Shown: piece by piece, positions 9,797 through 20,268 of the stretch
Position numbering within the stretch: position 1 is the stretch's first letter
Layout of the letters: each line of letters begins with the position of its first letter
Assembly (NCBI GenBank): GCA_016839765.1
Contig: JAEOTP010000007.1
Location: 1 to 64,000, forward strand
DNA from: Promethearchaeota archaeon
Lineage (GTDB): Archaea > Asgardarchaeota > Lokiarchaeia > Sigyniarchaeales > SOKP01
Length of the DNA: 64,000 nt
Reading direction: 5' to 3'
Position numbers and translations under genes: made by a program
Notes under the pieces: model-generated
The model's input: the letters and a program-made list of their open reading frames with translations, nothing else
The model's database searches: none
Told to the model about the DNA's origin: nothing

Positions 9797-12643
9797 TCAC
9801 TCCTCTTTATTTTTTTCTAAGTTTTTAAAATTTTCAACTTTTTTAAATTGTTCTTGTTCAAATTCTAAAATTTTAATTTGATCTTTATAATTACTTTCCA
9901 TTATTTCATTTCGGTTATTTAATGGAACCATTTTTAATTTCTTTTCTTTCCTAATTTTCTTTTTTAGCTTCCGTATTTTTCTAACCATAGGCGGGTATTT
10001 GAAATGAGTTTGGTATAATATAAAAAATAAAGAAAGACCTGCAATACCTCCAATTAATAAATATACAAGCCAACCTAAATCTTCACCAACAGTAGGAATG
10101 GCACTTATAGTTATGTCAAAACTTTGGAACGAATAATCATCACCAGCATAAGCATTAATTGTTATACTGTAAACACCTTCAGGGATATCTGAGATATATG
10201 CTTCATAAACCCCATCATTGTCGAGATCTGTTAGTTCTCCCTGTCCATAAGCCCATCTATATGTAACAGTAGCATTCTTAATAAGTCCCCCAAAATCAGT
10301 ATTATTTAAAACAATACTTAACAATATTCCCCCTCCTGGTTCTGTTTCAAATAATGTATTTCCTAATGTTGTAATAATCATTCCGCTTATTTTTTCTACA
10401 GTTAATCTTAGCAATATTGTTTTAATCTGGAAATTGTTTTTATATGCTATGATATTTATCAAATTAACTCCTATTTGCAAATGTGAAGTATTAAATAAAG
10501 CCGAGTAATGATTTAAAGCGACATATTCTGTTAAATTTTCTGAGAAGGTTTCAGCATTAACTTGTACAATTGCCCCACTGATATGAAATCCTGTGATATT
10601 ATCAAGGTATTTAATAGTGATATTGAGCATTTCTCCAATAGTGATTTCATAAGTAGGGTTTAAGGTTTTTTCTTCATTTTCTATAAAAAGTTGTATATCT
10701 GTTTCTCTTTCAGATACTCCAACATAAAATTGAATAGTCTGAGGTTTATAATCTTCAATTAAGGCGTTAATAGTAAGAACTGCAATTCCTTCTTCTAAGT
10801 CATTCGTAGAGATTGTAATATTATATTGTTCAGAGGTTTCATTTAGCTCTCCAAATCCCGATAAACTAACTGTTGCGCCGCTTAAATGTTGTTTTGTGTT
10901 ATTATCTCTATAGTAAACTGTAATATTTAAAAATTGATTAACTTCTACGTCTATTGTATCACTATTATTTGTTAAATCTTTATTTACATATAACAACAAT
11001 TCTGAAGATATTTCAGTAACCTCCACGAAAAATTGGAGGATTTGGGTTTCATAATTATCTTTTTGGGCAGAAACAGATAAAGTTTTAACTCCAATTCCTA
11101 ATTGGGATGTATTTACTAAAATTGAATATTGTTGAGAACCTGTAGTTTCATTTATAAAATCTGATATTTTTCCGTGTAATTGAACAGTAGCATTAGATAT
11201 ATGAGCCCCCGATTGCTTTTCATCGTATTTAATAGTAATATTTAACAATTCGTTTGATTGGATTTGAATAAATGGGTCACTTGTTTTATTATCACCTTCT
11301 AAGAATAAATCTAATTTCGTTTGAATGTCAGGAACAGTCTCTGCATATGAAATGTTAAGGTAAACATCATCTATTGAAATCGTTATATTTCTATTTAATG
11401 CAAAAGTATTGGCAATGAATACTTGGATTGAAACCGAGATATTAACGTCTTTCAAAATCAAATAAGTAACATCAAAACCTCCTGGTTTAGCTTCTTGAAA
11501 AGTTTCATTTGCAGAACTTAATCTAATTGTTTCTGTATGTTGATTATCGTTAATTACAACTCGTATTTCAGAAAATGGTGAATCCGCTGTTGGCCATAGC
11601 TGATCAATTTTATACATAAAAGTAAGTCTAGCATCAGTGATTTGGATATTACCGCCTGTAATTGTATTACCAATTTGGTTCCATGATATTGAAGAAAATT
11701 GATCAATCTTTTTCTTTACTGTAAAAGTTAGATTACAAGTTTTAATCATTAAATCACTAAAAGTATCGGTATCAGGACCCCCGAGATTATCTTCAGAGTA
11801 TATATCAATTCCTAAAGTGAGTGTGAAATTTGAATGCGAGGGATCTTTTTCAAAAGCAGATTTTAAAGCAGTTATTAAATCAATTTCATTTACAGTTTGC
11901 AATGGGCTGTCTGATATAGTTAATATTGATGGAGAATTTTGTCCTAAATATTTTGTTTTATTTGAAGCTACTGTATATTTTGGAGGATTATATCCTAAAT
12001 CTGAAATTTGACAATAGAATGTAACCGAATCTCCTATTGCAAAATTTTCCCAATACGCACTATCATTCGGTGTATCGATATTATTACTAACAGAAGCATT
12101 CACAATTACTTCTAAAAATACTGATACGATATCATAATCTGTCATGTCAAGGGGTAAGCTAATATTTGTTCTCCATTGAGCACTTGGAAATTGATTAGGA
12201 TCATCAGTCCATTCATGGCTAGCATAGCAACCATCAGGTGTCATCATAACCGTATCTGGTGGGAGAAAACCTGTCTTATTAAAATATTTCCAACCAGGAG
12301 ATGTAGATGAATTAATAGTATCTGAAATTACAGTAAATGTTTGCATTTCACCTAATACTTCATAATTTGCTTGATTATTACTAATATTCGCATCAACTGT
12401 AGAATTATCTCCTTGATCTCCTTTTAAATAAAACCAATAATCTTGAGTTGAAAAATCATTGTTTTTTAACCATTGCTTGGAATGTAAAATCTCACCAGAG
12501 CTGTGAATATTCTTATTATTATCATCTACTTCTATTTGGAAATCAAATTGATTTATAAAAGTTATATAAAAGTTAGAGAAAATTATTATAAACAAGAAAA
12601 CTAAGCTATAAATCTTTACATTTTTTTTATTCAACCATATCAC
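9797..12643 (-). CDS. Single-pass cell-surface Ig-like-repeat protein (paralogue B)
   Basis: Signal/TM at the N-terminus; same repeat units; DLDNDGVYE; TM followed by YQTHFKYPPMVRKIRKLKKK. Confidence 0.8.
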   Translation of the reverse strand: MIWLNKKNVKIYSLVFLFIIIFSNFYITFINQFDFQIEVDDNNKNIHSSGEILHSKQWLKNNDFSTQDYWFYLKGDQGDNSTVDANISNNQANYEVLGEMQTFTVISDTINSSTSPGWKYFNKTGFLPPDTVMMTPDGCYASHEWTDDPNQFPSAQWRTNISLPLDMTDYDIVSVFLEVIVNASVSNNIDTPNDSAYWENFAIGDSVTFYCQISDLGYNPPKYTVASNKTKYLGQNSPSILTISDSPLQTVNEIDLITALKSAFEKDPSHSNFTLTLGIDIYSEDNLGGPDTDTFSDLMIKTCNLTFTVKKKIDQFSSISWNQIGNTITGGNIQITDARLTFMYKIDQLWPTADSPFSEIRVVINDNQHTETIRLSSANETFQEAKPGGFDVTYLILKDVNISVSIQVFIANTFALNRNITISIDDVYLNISYAETVPDIQTKLDLFLEGDNKTSDPFIQIQSNELLNITIKYDEKQSGAHISNATVQLHGKISDFINETTGSQQYSILVNTSQLGIGVKTLSVSAQKDNYETQILQFFVEVTEISSELLLYVNKDLTNNSDTIDVEVNQFLNITVYYRDNNTKQHLSGATVSLSGFGELNETSEQYNITISTNDLEEGIAVLTINALIEDYKPQTIQFYVGVSERETDIQLFIENEEKTLNPTYEITIGEMLNITIKYLDNITGFHISGAIVQVNAETFSENLTEYVALNHYSALFNTSHLQIGVNLINIIAYKNNFQIKTILLRLTVEKISGMIITTLGNTLFETEPGGGILLSIVLNNTDFGGLIKNATVTYRWAYGQGELTDLDNDGVYEAYISDIPEGVYSITINAYAGDDYSFQSFDITISAIPTVGEDLGWLVYLLIGGIAGLSLFFILYQTHFKYPPMVRKIRKLKKKIRKEKKLKMVPLNNRNEIMESNYKDQIKILEFEQEQFKKVENFKNLEKNKEE

Positions 12644-12658
12644 CTCTAAGTAAACCAG

Positions 12659-15529
12659 TTAAAGAGTTTCTCCTCCTTGTTTTATATTATTTTGAATATT
12701 TGTTTCTTTAATATCTCCTTTAATTTCGCTTTTTTTCTCAACTTCAGTTTCTATTACTTCTAATTTACTTTTTAAATTAGTTTCAATAATATCTTCCCGA
12801 TTTTGAAGCGGTATGGATTTAAGTTTCTTGTTTTTACTTACTTTCTTTCTAAGTTTTCTAATTTTTCTAACTAGAGGGGGATATTTAAAGTGTTTCAGAT
12901 AAGAAACAATTATGATTACAAGGCCTAAAGCGCTACTACCCAAAATAATAACTAACCATTTCCAATCTAATCCTGGAGGTACGGATACGCTAAAAACAAT
13001 CTCATATTCATCAAATTCATAGTTCTCACCAGCGTAAGCAGTTATTGTCATAATATATATGCCTCCTGGAATATTTTCAAAATAAACTTCATAAATACCA
13101 TCATTATCGAGATCAAAAAGTTCTCCTTGCCCGTGAGCCCAACGGTAAGTAACTGTAGCATTTTTGATAAGTCCTCCATAGTCAGTATCATTTAGAGATA
13201 TCATTAATGTATAAGACTCTTCGGGTTCAAGGTAGATTTTAGTTTCACCTGAGACAGTACTGATATTTGCCCGTATTCTATTAACATTTATTCTAATATT
13301 TACAGTATTAATGTTATAATCTGTAGCCTGTGCGACTACTGAAAATAATTTAGGCCCTAGTTGAAGCTCCGTAGAGTTTAGAACTGTAGAATATTGATTT
13401 AAAGTCATATTTTCTATTAAATCTATGGATAACCCTTCTCCAATTAATTGTAGAGTCCCTCCACTTATATAACTCCCTGTTGAATTATCTTTATATCTAA
13501 TAGATACGTTTACCATTTTCCCTATAGGAACATCAATAACAGGATCTGAAGTTTCATCCTCTCCATTAAATAATATTTGTAATTGGGTCGATCTCTGGAT
13601 TACATAAATAAAAAATTTGATTGTTTGAGTTTGATAATTGTTTAATTGAGCAAAAATAGTTAGAATATTAGTCCTTAAATTTAGATCATTTGAGTTTATA
13701 GTAATATTATAATAGTTAATATTTTCATCCAGAAATCCAAATCCTAATAATTCTATAGTTGCCCCACTTAGATGATTGTCAGTAATAAAATCTTTAAAAA
13801 AAACCGAAATATTAATAACTTCATCCACTTCAATTTGCATAGTTTCACTATCGGCTTTTGGATCACTATTAACATACAATGATAATACTGTTCCTCTTTC
13901 ATATACTTCAACAAAGATTTGAGTCAATTGGCTTTCATAATTCGTTTTTTGAGCTTCTACCGAAAGGATTCTGCTTCCAATACCTAACTGGGAAGAATTA
14001 ATGAAAATTGAATATTGTTCATAGGTTTCATTTTCTGGCAAAGGACCCGAGACTATTCCATCTAATTGTACGGTAGCATTTGGGATATGAGAACTAGTTA
14101 GACTATCTCTATATTTAACGGTTATATTTAATATAACATCAATCGGGAGTTGAATTACAGGGTCAGATGTTTTATCATCACTATTTAAAAATAATGTTAA
14201 TTCAGTTGGATAATCAGTAAAGGTTTCAATATATGTAATATTAAGGAACACATCATCAATTGAAATTGTAATGCTCTCATTCAATTCAAACGTATCTTTA
14301 ATGAAAGTTTCAATTGAAACAGTAATATTAATATCTTTTAAGATAAAAGTAGTAACATTAAACCCACCTGGTTTTGCTTCTTGAAATGTACTAGTTGCAG
14401 AGCTTATTTTAATACTTCCTTCTTCAAATTTTCTATCATTAATGTAAAAGTTTATTTCGGAAAGAGGAGCTGTGGTCGGCCAACTTTTATCTATTGAATA
14501 ATTAAAATTGAATATCGCATCTCTTATTTGGATATTACCTCCTGTAATTGTATTACCAATTTGGTTCCATGATAATGAAGTAAATTGATTTATTTTTTTT
14601 TCATAGGTGAATGTAAGATTAAAAGACTTGAAAATTAAAGCATTCCATAAATCATAATCCGGAAAATCATTATCTTCACAGTAAATATCTATACCCATTA
14701 TTAATGTAAATCTAGAGTGACCAACGTCCTTTTCTAAAGCCAAGTTTAAGGCAGTTATAAGATCATTCTCACTTACATAAGATAATTCCCTATCAGGAAT
14801 AGTTAATATTGGAGGACTATCCTGTCCTAAGGTTTGAGTTTTATTTTCCGCTACCCTAAATGCATAACTACTATTTAAATCTGAGATTTCAACATAGAAA
14901 GTTGCTGAATCCCAAATTGCTGATTGCCCTACACTATCACCAGGAGCATCAACATTAGCATCTACACTTGCGTTAAAAAACACCTCAAGTGAAGCAAATG
15001 TAATTTCATAGTCGGACATATCTACGGGCATATTCACATTCTTTTTAAAATGAACACTTGGAAAATTATGTACTTGGCCTGCCCCTCCATTCTCATTTTC
15101 ATCTAAATAATGATAAACATAACAACCCGTTGCATTAATTTCGGTATGATCAGGTAAAAGATAATCACTATTGTTATATATTCCCCATCCATACCAGGTA
15201 GAAGAATTTACATTACCCGAAAGGATATTAGATGTTTGCATTTCACCTAATACTTCATAATTTGCTTGATCAGGACTAGTTGTTGCGTTCATATCTGAAT
15301 TGTCTCCTTCTGTTCCATTTTTCCAAAACCAAATTGGTTTAATAGGATCATCAAATGTTGGATTTTTAATCCATTGTTTTGTTATTGTTCTTTCAGCTGA
15401 AGAATGAACATTTTCACTTATTTCCGAGCTAAATGATTCAAAATCAGATAAATAATGTCTAAATGGAACTAAAATTAAAATTGTAAGTAATAAAAAAACA
15501 AAAAGATAAATTTTACTTTTCTTTTCCAT
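12659..15529 (-). CDS. Single-pass cell-surface Ig-like-repeat protein (paralogue C)
   Basis: Collinear with paralogue B; DLDNDGIYE; TM followed by YLKHFKYPPLVRKIRKLRKK. Confidence 0.8.
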   Translation of the reverse strand: MEKKSKIYLFVFLLLTILILVPFRHYLSDFESFSSEISENVHSSAERTITKQWIKNPTFDDPIKPIWFWKNGTEGDNSDMNATTSPDQANYEVLGEMQTSNILSGNVNSSTWYGWGIYNNSDYLLPDHTEINATGCYVYHYLDENENGGAGQVHNFPSVHFKKNVNMPVDMSDYEITFASLEVFFNASVDANVDAPGDSVGQSAIWDSATFYVEISDLNSSYAFRVAENKTQTLGQDSPPILTIPDRELSYVSENDLITALNLALEKDVGHSRFTLIMGIDIYCEDNDFPDYDLWNALIFKSFNLTFTYEKKINQFTSLSWNQIGNTITGGNIQIRDAIFNFNYSIDKSWPTTAPLSEINFYINDRKFEEGSIKISSATSTFQEAKPGGFNVTTFILKDINITVSIETFIKDTFELNESITISIDDVFLNITYIETFTDYPTELTLFLNSDDKTSDPVIQLPIDVILNITVKYRDSLTSSHIPNATVQLDGIVSGPLPENETYEQYSIFINSSQLGIGSRILSVEAQKTNYESQLTQIFVEVYERGTVLSLYVNSDPKADSETMQIEVDEVINISVFFKDFITDNHLSGATIELLGFGFLDENINYYNITINSNDLNLRTNILTIFAQLNNYQTQTIKFFIYVIQRSTQLQILFNGEDETSDPVIDVPIGKMVNVSIRYKDNSTGSYISGGTLQLIGEGLSIDLIENMTLNQYSTVLNSTELQLGPKLFSVVAQATDYNINTVNIRINVNRIRANISTVSGETKIYLEPEESYTLMISLNDTDYGGLIKNATVTYRWAHGQGELFDLDNDGIYEVYFENIPGGIYIMTITAYAGENYEFDEYEIVFSVSVPPGLDWKWLVIILGSSALGLVIIIVSYLKHFKYPPLVRKIRKLRKKVSKNKKLKSIPLQNREDIIETNLKSKLEVIETEVEKKSEIKGDIKETNIQNNIKQGGETL

Positions 15530-15773
15530 GATCCCTCACATATGACAGATATAAATACCGTAAATATAATGCAAATCGATTTTGTAATGAATTAATTTTC
15601 TAACCCTATATATTAAATTATAATGGTCTTATTATAAGCATAAGAGAAATTTTTAAAATAATAATAAAAATACTCCTTTTTAAAATCTCTTTTATAACTA
15701 GATTAAAAATTGTATATTATACTTTAAAAAAATCTGGAATATTGAAGTGAAATATTGTGAGCTTCTTTCCTTA

Positions 15774-16577
15774 TTAAAATGTGCCTCTTATAAAGCCCCC
15801 ATCAACTTGGATCACTGTACCTGTGATAAAGCTAGCTTTTTCTGAGGCTAAAAACACCACTAAATTAGCTAACTCCTCTGGTTTACCCAACCGACCTAAA
15901 GGAATTTGGTCTGTCCAAGTTTTTTTGATTTCTTTTTCAGATTTTCCAGTCTCTTGAGCTGTTATATCTATTAGTTCCTTCATTCTATCTGTTAATGTCG
16001 GACCGGGACATACAACGTTAACTAAAATTTTCTCTTTTGCATATTCACTGGCTAATGTTTTTGCATAACCCACAACTCCAAGTCGTGTTGTGTTTGAAAG
16101 GACTAAATTTTGTAAAGGCTGTTTTACTGATACAGACGTAATAGCAATAATTCTCCCATTTTTCTGTTTTTGCATAATGGGTAAAATTAGTTCAGTTGTT
16201 CTTATAAAAGAGAGTAAATTTAGATCAATGGAATCTTTCCACTCGTCTTTTGTTATCTTACTTATAGGTCCTGAGGGAGGTCCACCCGCATTATGAATTA
16301 AAATATCTATCCTTCCAAATTCTGTTATAGTTTCTTCAACCAGATGTTTAATTTGCTCCTCATATTTTAGATCAGCTACAATATAATGAATTCTATTGTT
16401 ATGCTTCGATAGTCCAATATTTTTAATTTTTCTCTTTGCTAATATTAAATTTTCTTCTGAACGGCTACAAATTACAACATTCGCTCCTCCGAGATACAAA
16501 CCTTCAGCACAAGCAAAACCTAAACCCTTGCTTGCGGCCAAAACTAAAGCTACTTTCGATTCTAATCCTAAATTCAT
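15774..16577 (-). CDS. SDR family oxidoreductase (FabG-like)
   Basis: LAASKGLG nucleotide-binding motif, HNAGGP, VNVVCPG, ASFITGTVIQVDGG; catalytic YxxxK appears as SNTTR. Confidence 0.9.
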   Translation of the reverse strand: MNLGLESKVALVLAASKGLGFACAEGLYLGGANVVICSRSEENLILAKRKIKNIGLSKHNNRIHYIVADLKYEEQIKHLVEETITEFGRIDILIHNAGGPPSGPISKITKDEWKDSIDLNLLSFIRTTELILPIMQKQKNGRIIAITSVSVKQPLQNLVLSNTTRLGVVGYAKTLASEYAKEKILVNVVCPGPTLTDRMKELIDITAQETGKSEKEIKKTWTDQIPLGRLGKPEELANLVVFLASEKASFITGTVIQVDGGFIRGTF

Positions 16578-16673
16578 AATAAATCAAGTTTATGATCATA
16601 TTTAGATTTTATATGACACTAGGAAAAAGTTTATATACCAAGTTGGGATAAACAATCTTAACGAAAATCTATT

Positions 16674-19600
16674 GTGAAACCAATGAAAAAAGCAAAAATC
16701 CTAACTATCTATATTCTTCTTTCACTTTTAATATTAAAAACTAGTAATATTAACAATTTCTATACCTCTAGGAATGAGAGTGACAAAATTGTAAAAACGT
16801 CTGATTCTTCATATAGTGGTGGCGGATACATTATGAATACCGAAGCAGCATATGCATGGGAAGAAATAAACTCTACGGGTACTCTTTTAGGAAATTTAAC
16901 TCAATTTGTTGTTAAAGAAGTAAACTTTACTGAAGGTGGATGGAGTTTTACATTTTACAATACATTATATGATAAGATTTATGTTCGTACCCAAGGTTGG
17001 ATGACTTTTACTGAGTTTGGTATATTGGGTTACTGGCCAATACCATCAATACAATCATTCGATTATGATTTTGTTGCTTTAATGATGACTTCACCAAGCC
17101 TTGACATAAGTTCAGGAGGAAATATCTATTATCAATTCTTAACCTCCCCAAATAGATTAGTAATAGAATATTCCGGTATGTATGATCAAATGGCTCAACT
17201 TGTAGGGGATTTTGAGGTGATTTTCTATGAAACAGGCGCTATAAAATTTCAATATAAGGATGTTTATAATGTGTTTTCACAATCTCCTGTGATAGGCTTA
17301 GATCACGGAGATGAGCTAAACTATAATTCATATACACCTGATTTGCCTATGCAATCAAAAGCCATTGAATTTACATTTGATCAGATGGTTGATCCCAATT
17401 TTGGACTCAATTTTAAGACAAATGAAGAATTTCCCTGGATAGTAACTCAAATTGATGAGGATAAATTAGAATCTTTTTACGGCTCAGACTGGGAAGATAA
17501 TTTTGGGTTTTTATCAGATCCACTTATCGGAGATAAGATGAAGATAAATATCTCATCAATCTATGAAAATTCTACGGATTGGGAAATATCCTTTGATTTA
17601 TGGGATTGGAATAGCAGATATGATACCTTCCCAAGTTCTACTGGATCAGATAATTTAGTCTATAAAAAAGACCCTTATACATATAACCACCATAACTTAA
17701 CTAATATTATGCCGCTGCTTTTACCGAATCGAACAAAATTTTACTTACGTAGAGCGAATTTATCCCATCAATATCATGTGTCGGATATCATGGGTGGTGT
17801 TTATGTGAGCTGGCATGAATTAAAATCTATAGGTGGGGATAGTATTAGTATAGACATTTCTTCAGTTTATAATCCTGATGGGATACTAGATAAGATGCAA
17901 ATTAAATGGGATAATCACACATCCAATGAACAAAAGACAATATTCAACCTTGAAACGCTCACATCATGGTTTTTAGAAGAATCATCTTTGTCAACCCAAT
18001 TAAATGATGAACATTGGTTTTATATGCGAGATGCAAATGATACAATTATGCAAACCTTTTTTGGTTCGAACTGGGAGCAACTTTTTGGAATCCCTTCCAA
18101 TTCATTTTCAGATAGCAAATTCAAAATGAAAATTACATCAACTGGAGAAAACTTAACCCATTGGATAACTAATTATTCATTATGGGACTGTATTTATAGA
18201 GATGACGCATTTATTTCACCACCAACTCTAAATAAGTCTGTTTTGTACCTAAAAGAGCCATTAAATTACACAGAACCACATATTTGGGATCCAATCTTTC
18301 CACTATTTTTACCAAAACCAGGAAGGATGTATACTGACTATGCCAATTTAAATTATTCATTTTATTCAATTCCAGATTCCTCCTCATTTTATCCTCCACA
18401 ATTGAGCTTTTTCATGAGTACTATGACAGAATCCATTCAAGCTAGAGCAATTTATAGTATGGATGGATATTTGCAAGAAATTATTATTCGGCAATCAGAA
18501 TATGATTTCATGACAGGAACTACAACATTTATACCTGTTCTTACAATTTCTCATTTTACTGAAGGAGCAGTTCCATCTTATGTAGGGATAAATCCTGGGG
18601 AAACTTACTCATATGGCATATTTAATTGTTCAAAAGTATATCCATATGGTTACTCACAATATAAAAGAATGAACATTACTATTGATTATATTTCTGGAGA
18701 AGATTTTTATCTTGAAAGGGTTCTTACTTTAATAAATTTTAGCTTTCTAAGCGCTAGCGATGTTTGGGGCGATGATATTGATCCATATGCAGCTCTTGGT
18801 GTTCCTATCAGTGAGATAAATTACATTTTTCCAAATTCATCAGAAAACATTTATTTATTTACGAGTCCACCTTTGTTTTTTGAAATTGGAGTTGATTGGG
18901 GAGACTATGTGGTTGCACTTGAGGCTGTACTTAAACAATTAATTTCCCCAGGCTATGATATAGTTATTGTAAATTTAACCAACGGATTTATGATCTCACA
19001 AGAGTATATGCCAGGGCAATTTGGGGATCAAATATATAAGTATACCTCAAATGGCGTTTTAGAAACGATATCTTTTGTGATGGACGGTAAAGAATTCTAT
19101 ACTATCAGATTGAATGATTTTGATTACGTTATGGAAGGGTGTGATATTTATGATCCAATAATAACCATAAATTCACCAACACCAAATAGTTTCCATGATT
19201 CTCAACCGCCACCAGTAGACCTCTCTATTGAAGAACATTATTTAGATACTGTATGGTATAATTTAGATAATGTATCTGTACAAACAAGTAACTACACATA
19301 TACAGGCTCAATTCCACAGGGTGTATGGGATCAAGTTGGAAATGGAACAGTTACTATTACATTTTATGCCAATGATACTAATGGAAACGAAGGATTTGCT
19401 TATGTTATTGTAAATAAAGATATATTTGCTCCAGATATTACAATAAATTCACCTGCCGATGATCAGGAATTTACTGACACAGCCCCTACTTTCGATCTTA
19501 CAATAATCGAAACTAACTTAGATTCCATCTGGTATTCGTTTGATGATGGAGTCACAAATTACCCATGTGGGATATCCGGTCAGATTGATGGGACTGTATG

Positions 19601-20066
19601 GGATAGTTTAGCAGATGGGATATTAACTCTTAGATTTTATGCTTATGATTTAGCTGGAAACGTAGATTATTCTGAGGTTAACATAGAAAAAGATGTAACT
19701 GCTCCAGACATTACAATAAATTCACCAACCCACAATCAGGAGTTTACTGACACAGCCCCTACTTTCGATCTTACAATAGTCGATCCTAATTTAGATTCCA
19801 TTTGGTACTCATTTGATAACGGAATCACAAATTACCCATGTGGGATATCCGGTCAGATTGATGGGACTGGATGGGATAGTTTAGCAGAAGGAATGTACAC
19901 TCTTCGATTTTATGCCAATGATACTTTTGGATATGAGGGATATTCCGAAGTTATTATAATTAAAACTTCAGAAATTATTCCTGGATTTCCATTTTATGGT
20001 ATAGCAATTTTTCTATCAATAGGAATAATAGCAATAATACCTCAACTGAGGAAAAAAATCAAATAA
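16674..20066 (+). CDS. Cell-surface glycoprotein: NIDO-like N-terminal domain, C-terminal Ig-like repeats, Loki-CTERM/PGF-CTERM-like sorting signal
   Basis: Signal peptide (ATG at 16683 is an alternative start); FTFYNTLYDKIYVRTQGWMTF...FEVIFYETGAIKFQY; three PxITINSP repeats; C-terminal IPGF + TM + RKKIK. Confidence 0.75.
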   Translation: MKPMKKAKILTIYILLSLLILKTSNINNFYTSRNESDKIVKTSDSSYSGGGYIMNTEAAYAWEEINSTGTLLGNLTQFVVKEVNFTEGGWSFTFYNTLYDKIYVRTQGWMTFTEFGILGYWPIPSIQSFDYDFVALMMTSPSLDISSGGNIYYQFLTSPNRLVIEYSGMYDQMAQLVGDFEVIFYETGAIKFQYKDVYNVFSQSPVIGLDHGDELNYNSYTPDLPMQSKAIEFTFDQMVDPNFGLNFKTNEEFPWIVTQIDEDKLESFYGSDWEDNFGFLSDPLIGDKMKINISSIYENSTDWEISFDLWDWNSRYDTFPSSTGSDNLVYKKDPYTYNHHNLTNIMPLLLPNRTKFYLRRANLSHQYHVSDIMGGVYVSWHELKSIGGDSISIDISSVYNPDGILDKMQIKWDNHTSNEQKTIFNLETLTSWFLEESSLSTQLNDEHWFYMRDANDTIMQTFFGSNWEQLFGIPSNSFSDSKFKMKITSTGENLTHWITNYSLWDCIYRDDAFISPPTLNKSVLYLKEPLNYTEPHIWDPIFPLFLPKPGRMYTDYANLNYSFYSIPDSSSFYPPQLSFFMSTMTESIQARAIYSMDGYLQEIIIRQSEYDFMTGTTTFIPVLTISHFTEGAVPSYVGINPGETYSYGIFNCSKVYPYGYSQYKRMNITIDYISGEDFYLERVLTLINFSFLSASDVWGDDIDPYAALGVPISEINYIFPNSSENIYLFTSPPLFFEIGVDWGDYVVALEAVLKQLISPGYDIVIVNLTNGFMISQEYMPGQFGDQIYKYTSNGVLETISFVMDGKEFYTIRLNDFDYVMEGCDIYDPIITINSPTPNSFHDSQPPPVDLSIEEHYLDTVWYNLDNVSVQTSNYTYTGSIPQGVWDQVGNGTVTITFYANDTNGNEGFAYVIVNKDIFAPDITINSPADDQEFTDTAPTFDLTIIETNLDSIWYSFDDGVTNYPCGISGQIDGTVWDSLADGILTLRFYAYDLAGNVDYSEVNIEKDVTAPDITINSPTHNQEFTDTAPTFDLTIVDPNLDSIWYSFDNGITNYPCGISGQIDGTGWDSLAEGMYTLRFYANDTFGYEGYSEVIIIKTSEIIPGFPFYGIAIFLSIGIIAIIPQLRKKIK
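19428..19960 (+). repeat. Intragenic tandem duplication with a 273-nt (91-aa) period, encoding Ig-like domains
   Basis: GCTCCAGAYATTACAATAAATTCACC at 19428 and 19701; identical blocks such as TTTACTGACACAGCCCCTACTTTCGATCTTACAATA and TCACAAATTACCCATGTGGGATATCCGGTCAGATTGATGGGACTG in both copies. Confidence 0.9.
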
Positions 20067-20268
20067 TCTTTTTTTTATTATTCCCTTATTATCTTTTCAC
20101 AGTTTTCTACCGACAAAAAAAACAATTAATTAGCAAAAACCAAATACATAATTTTTTATAGCAATCTTTTCATAATATTTTTAAATCGATTTACTGTATG
20201 AAAATATTTATTAGAATAAAATTTAATATTATTATATAAATTATCAAAATACCTAAAAGGTGTGAAAA

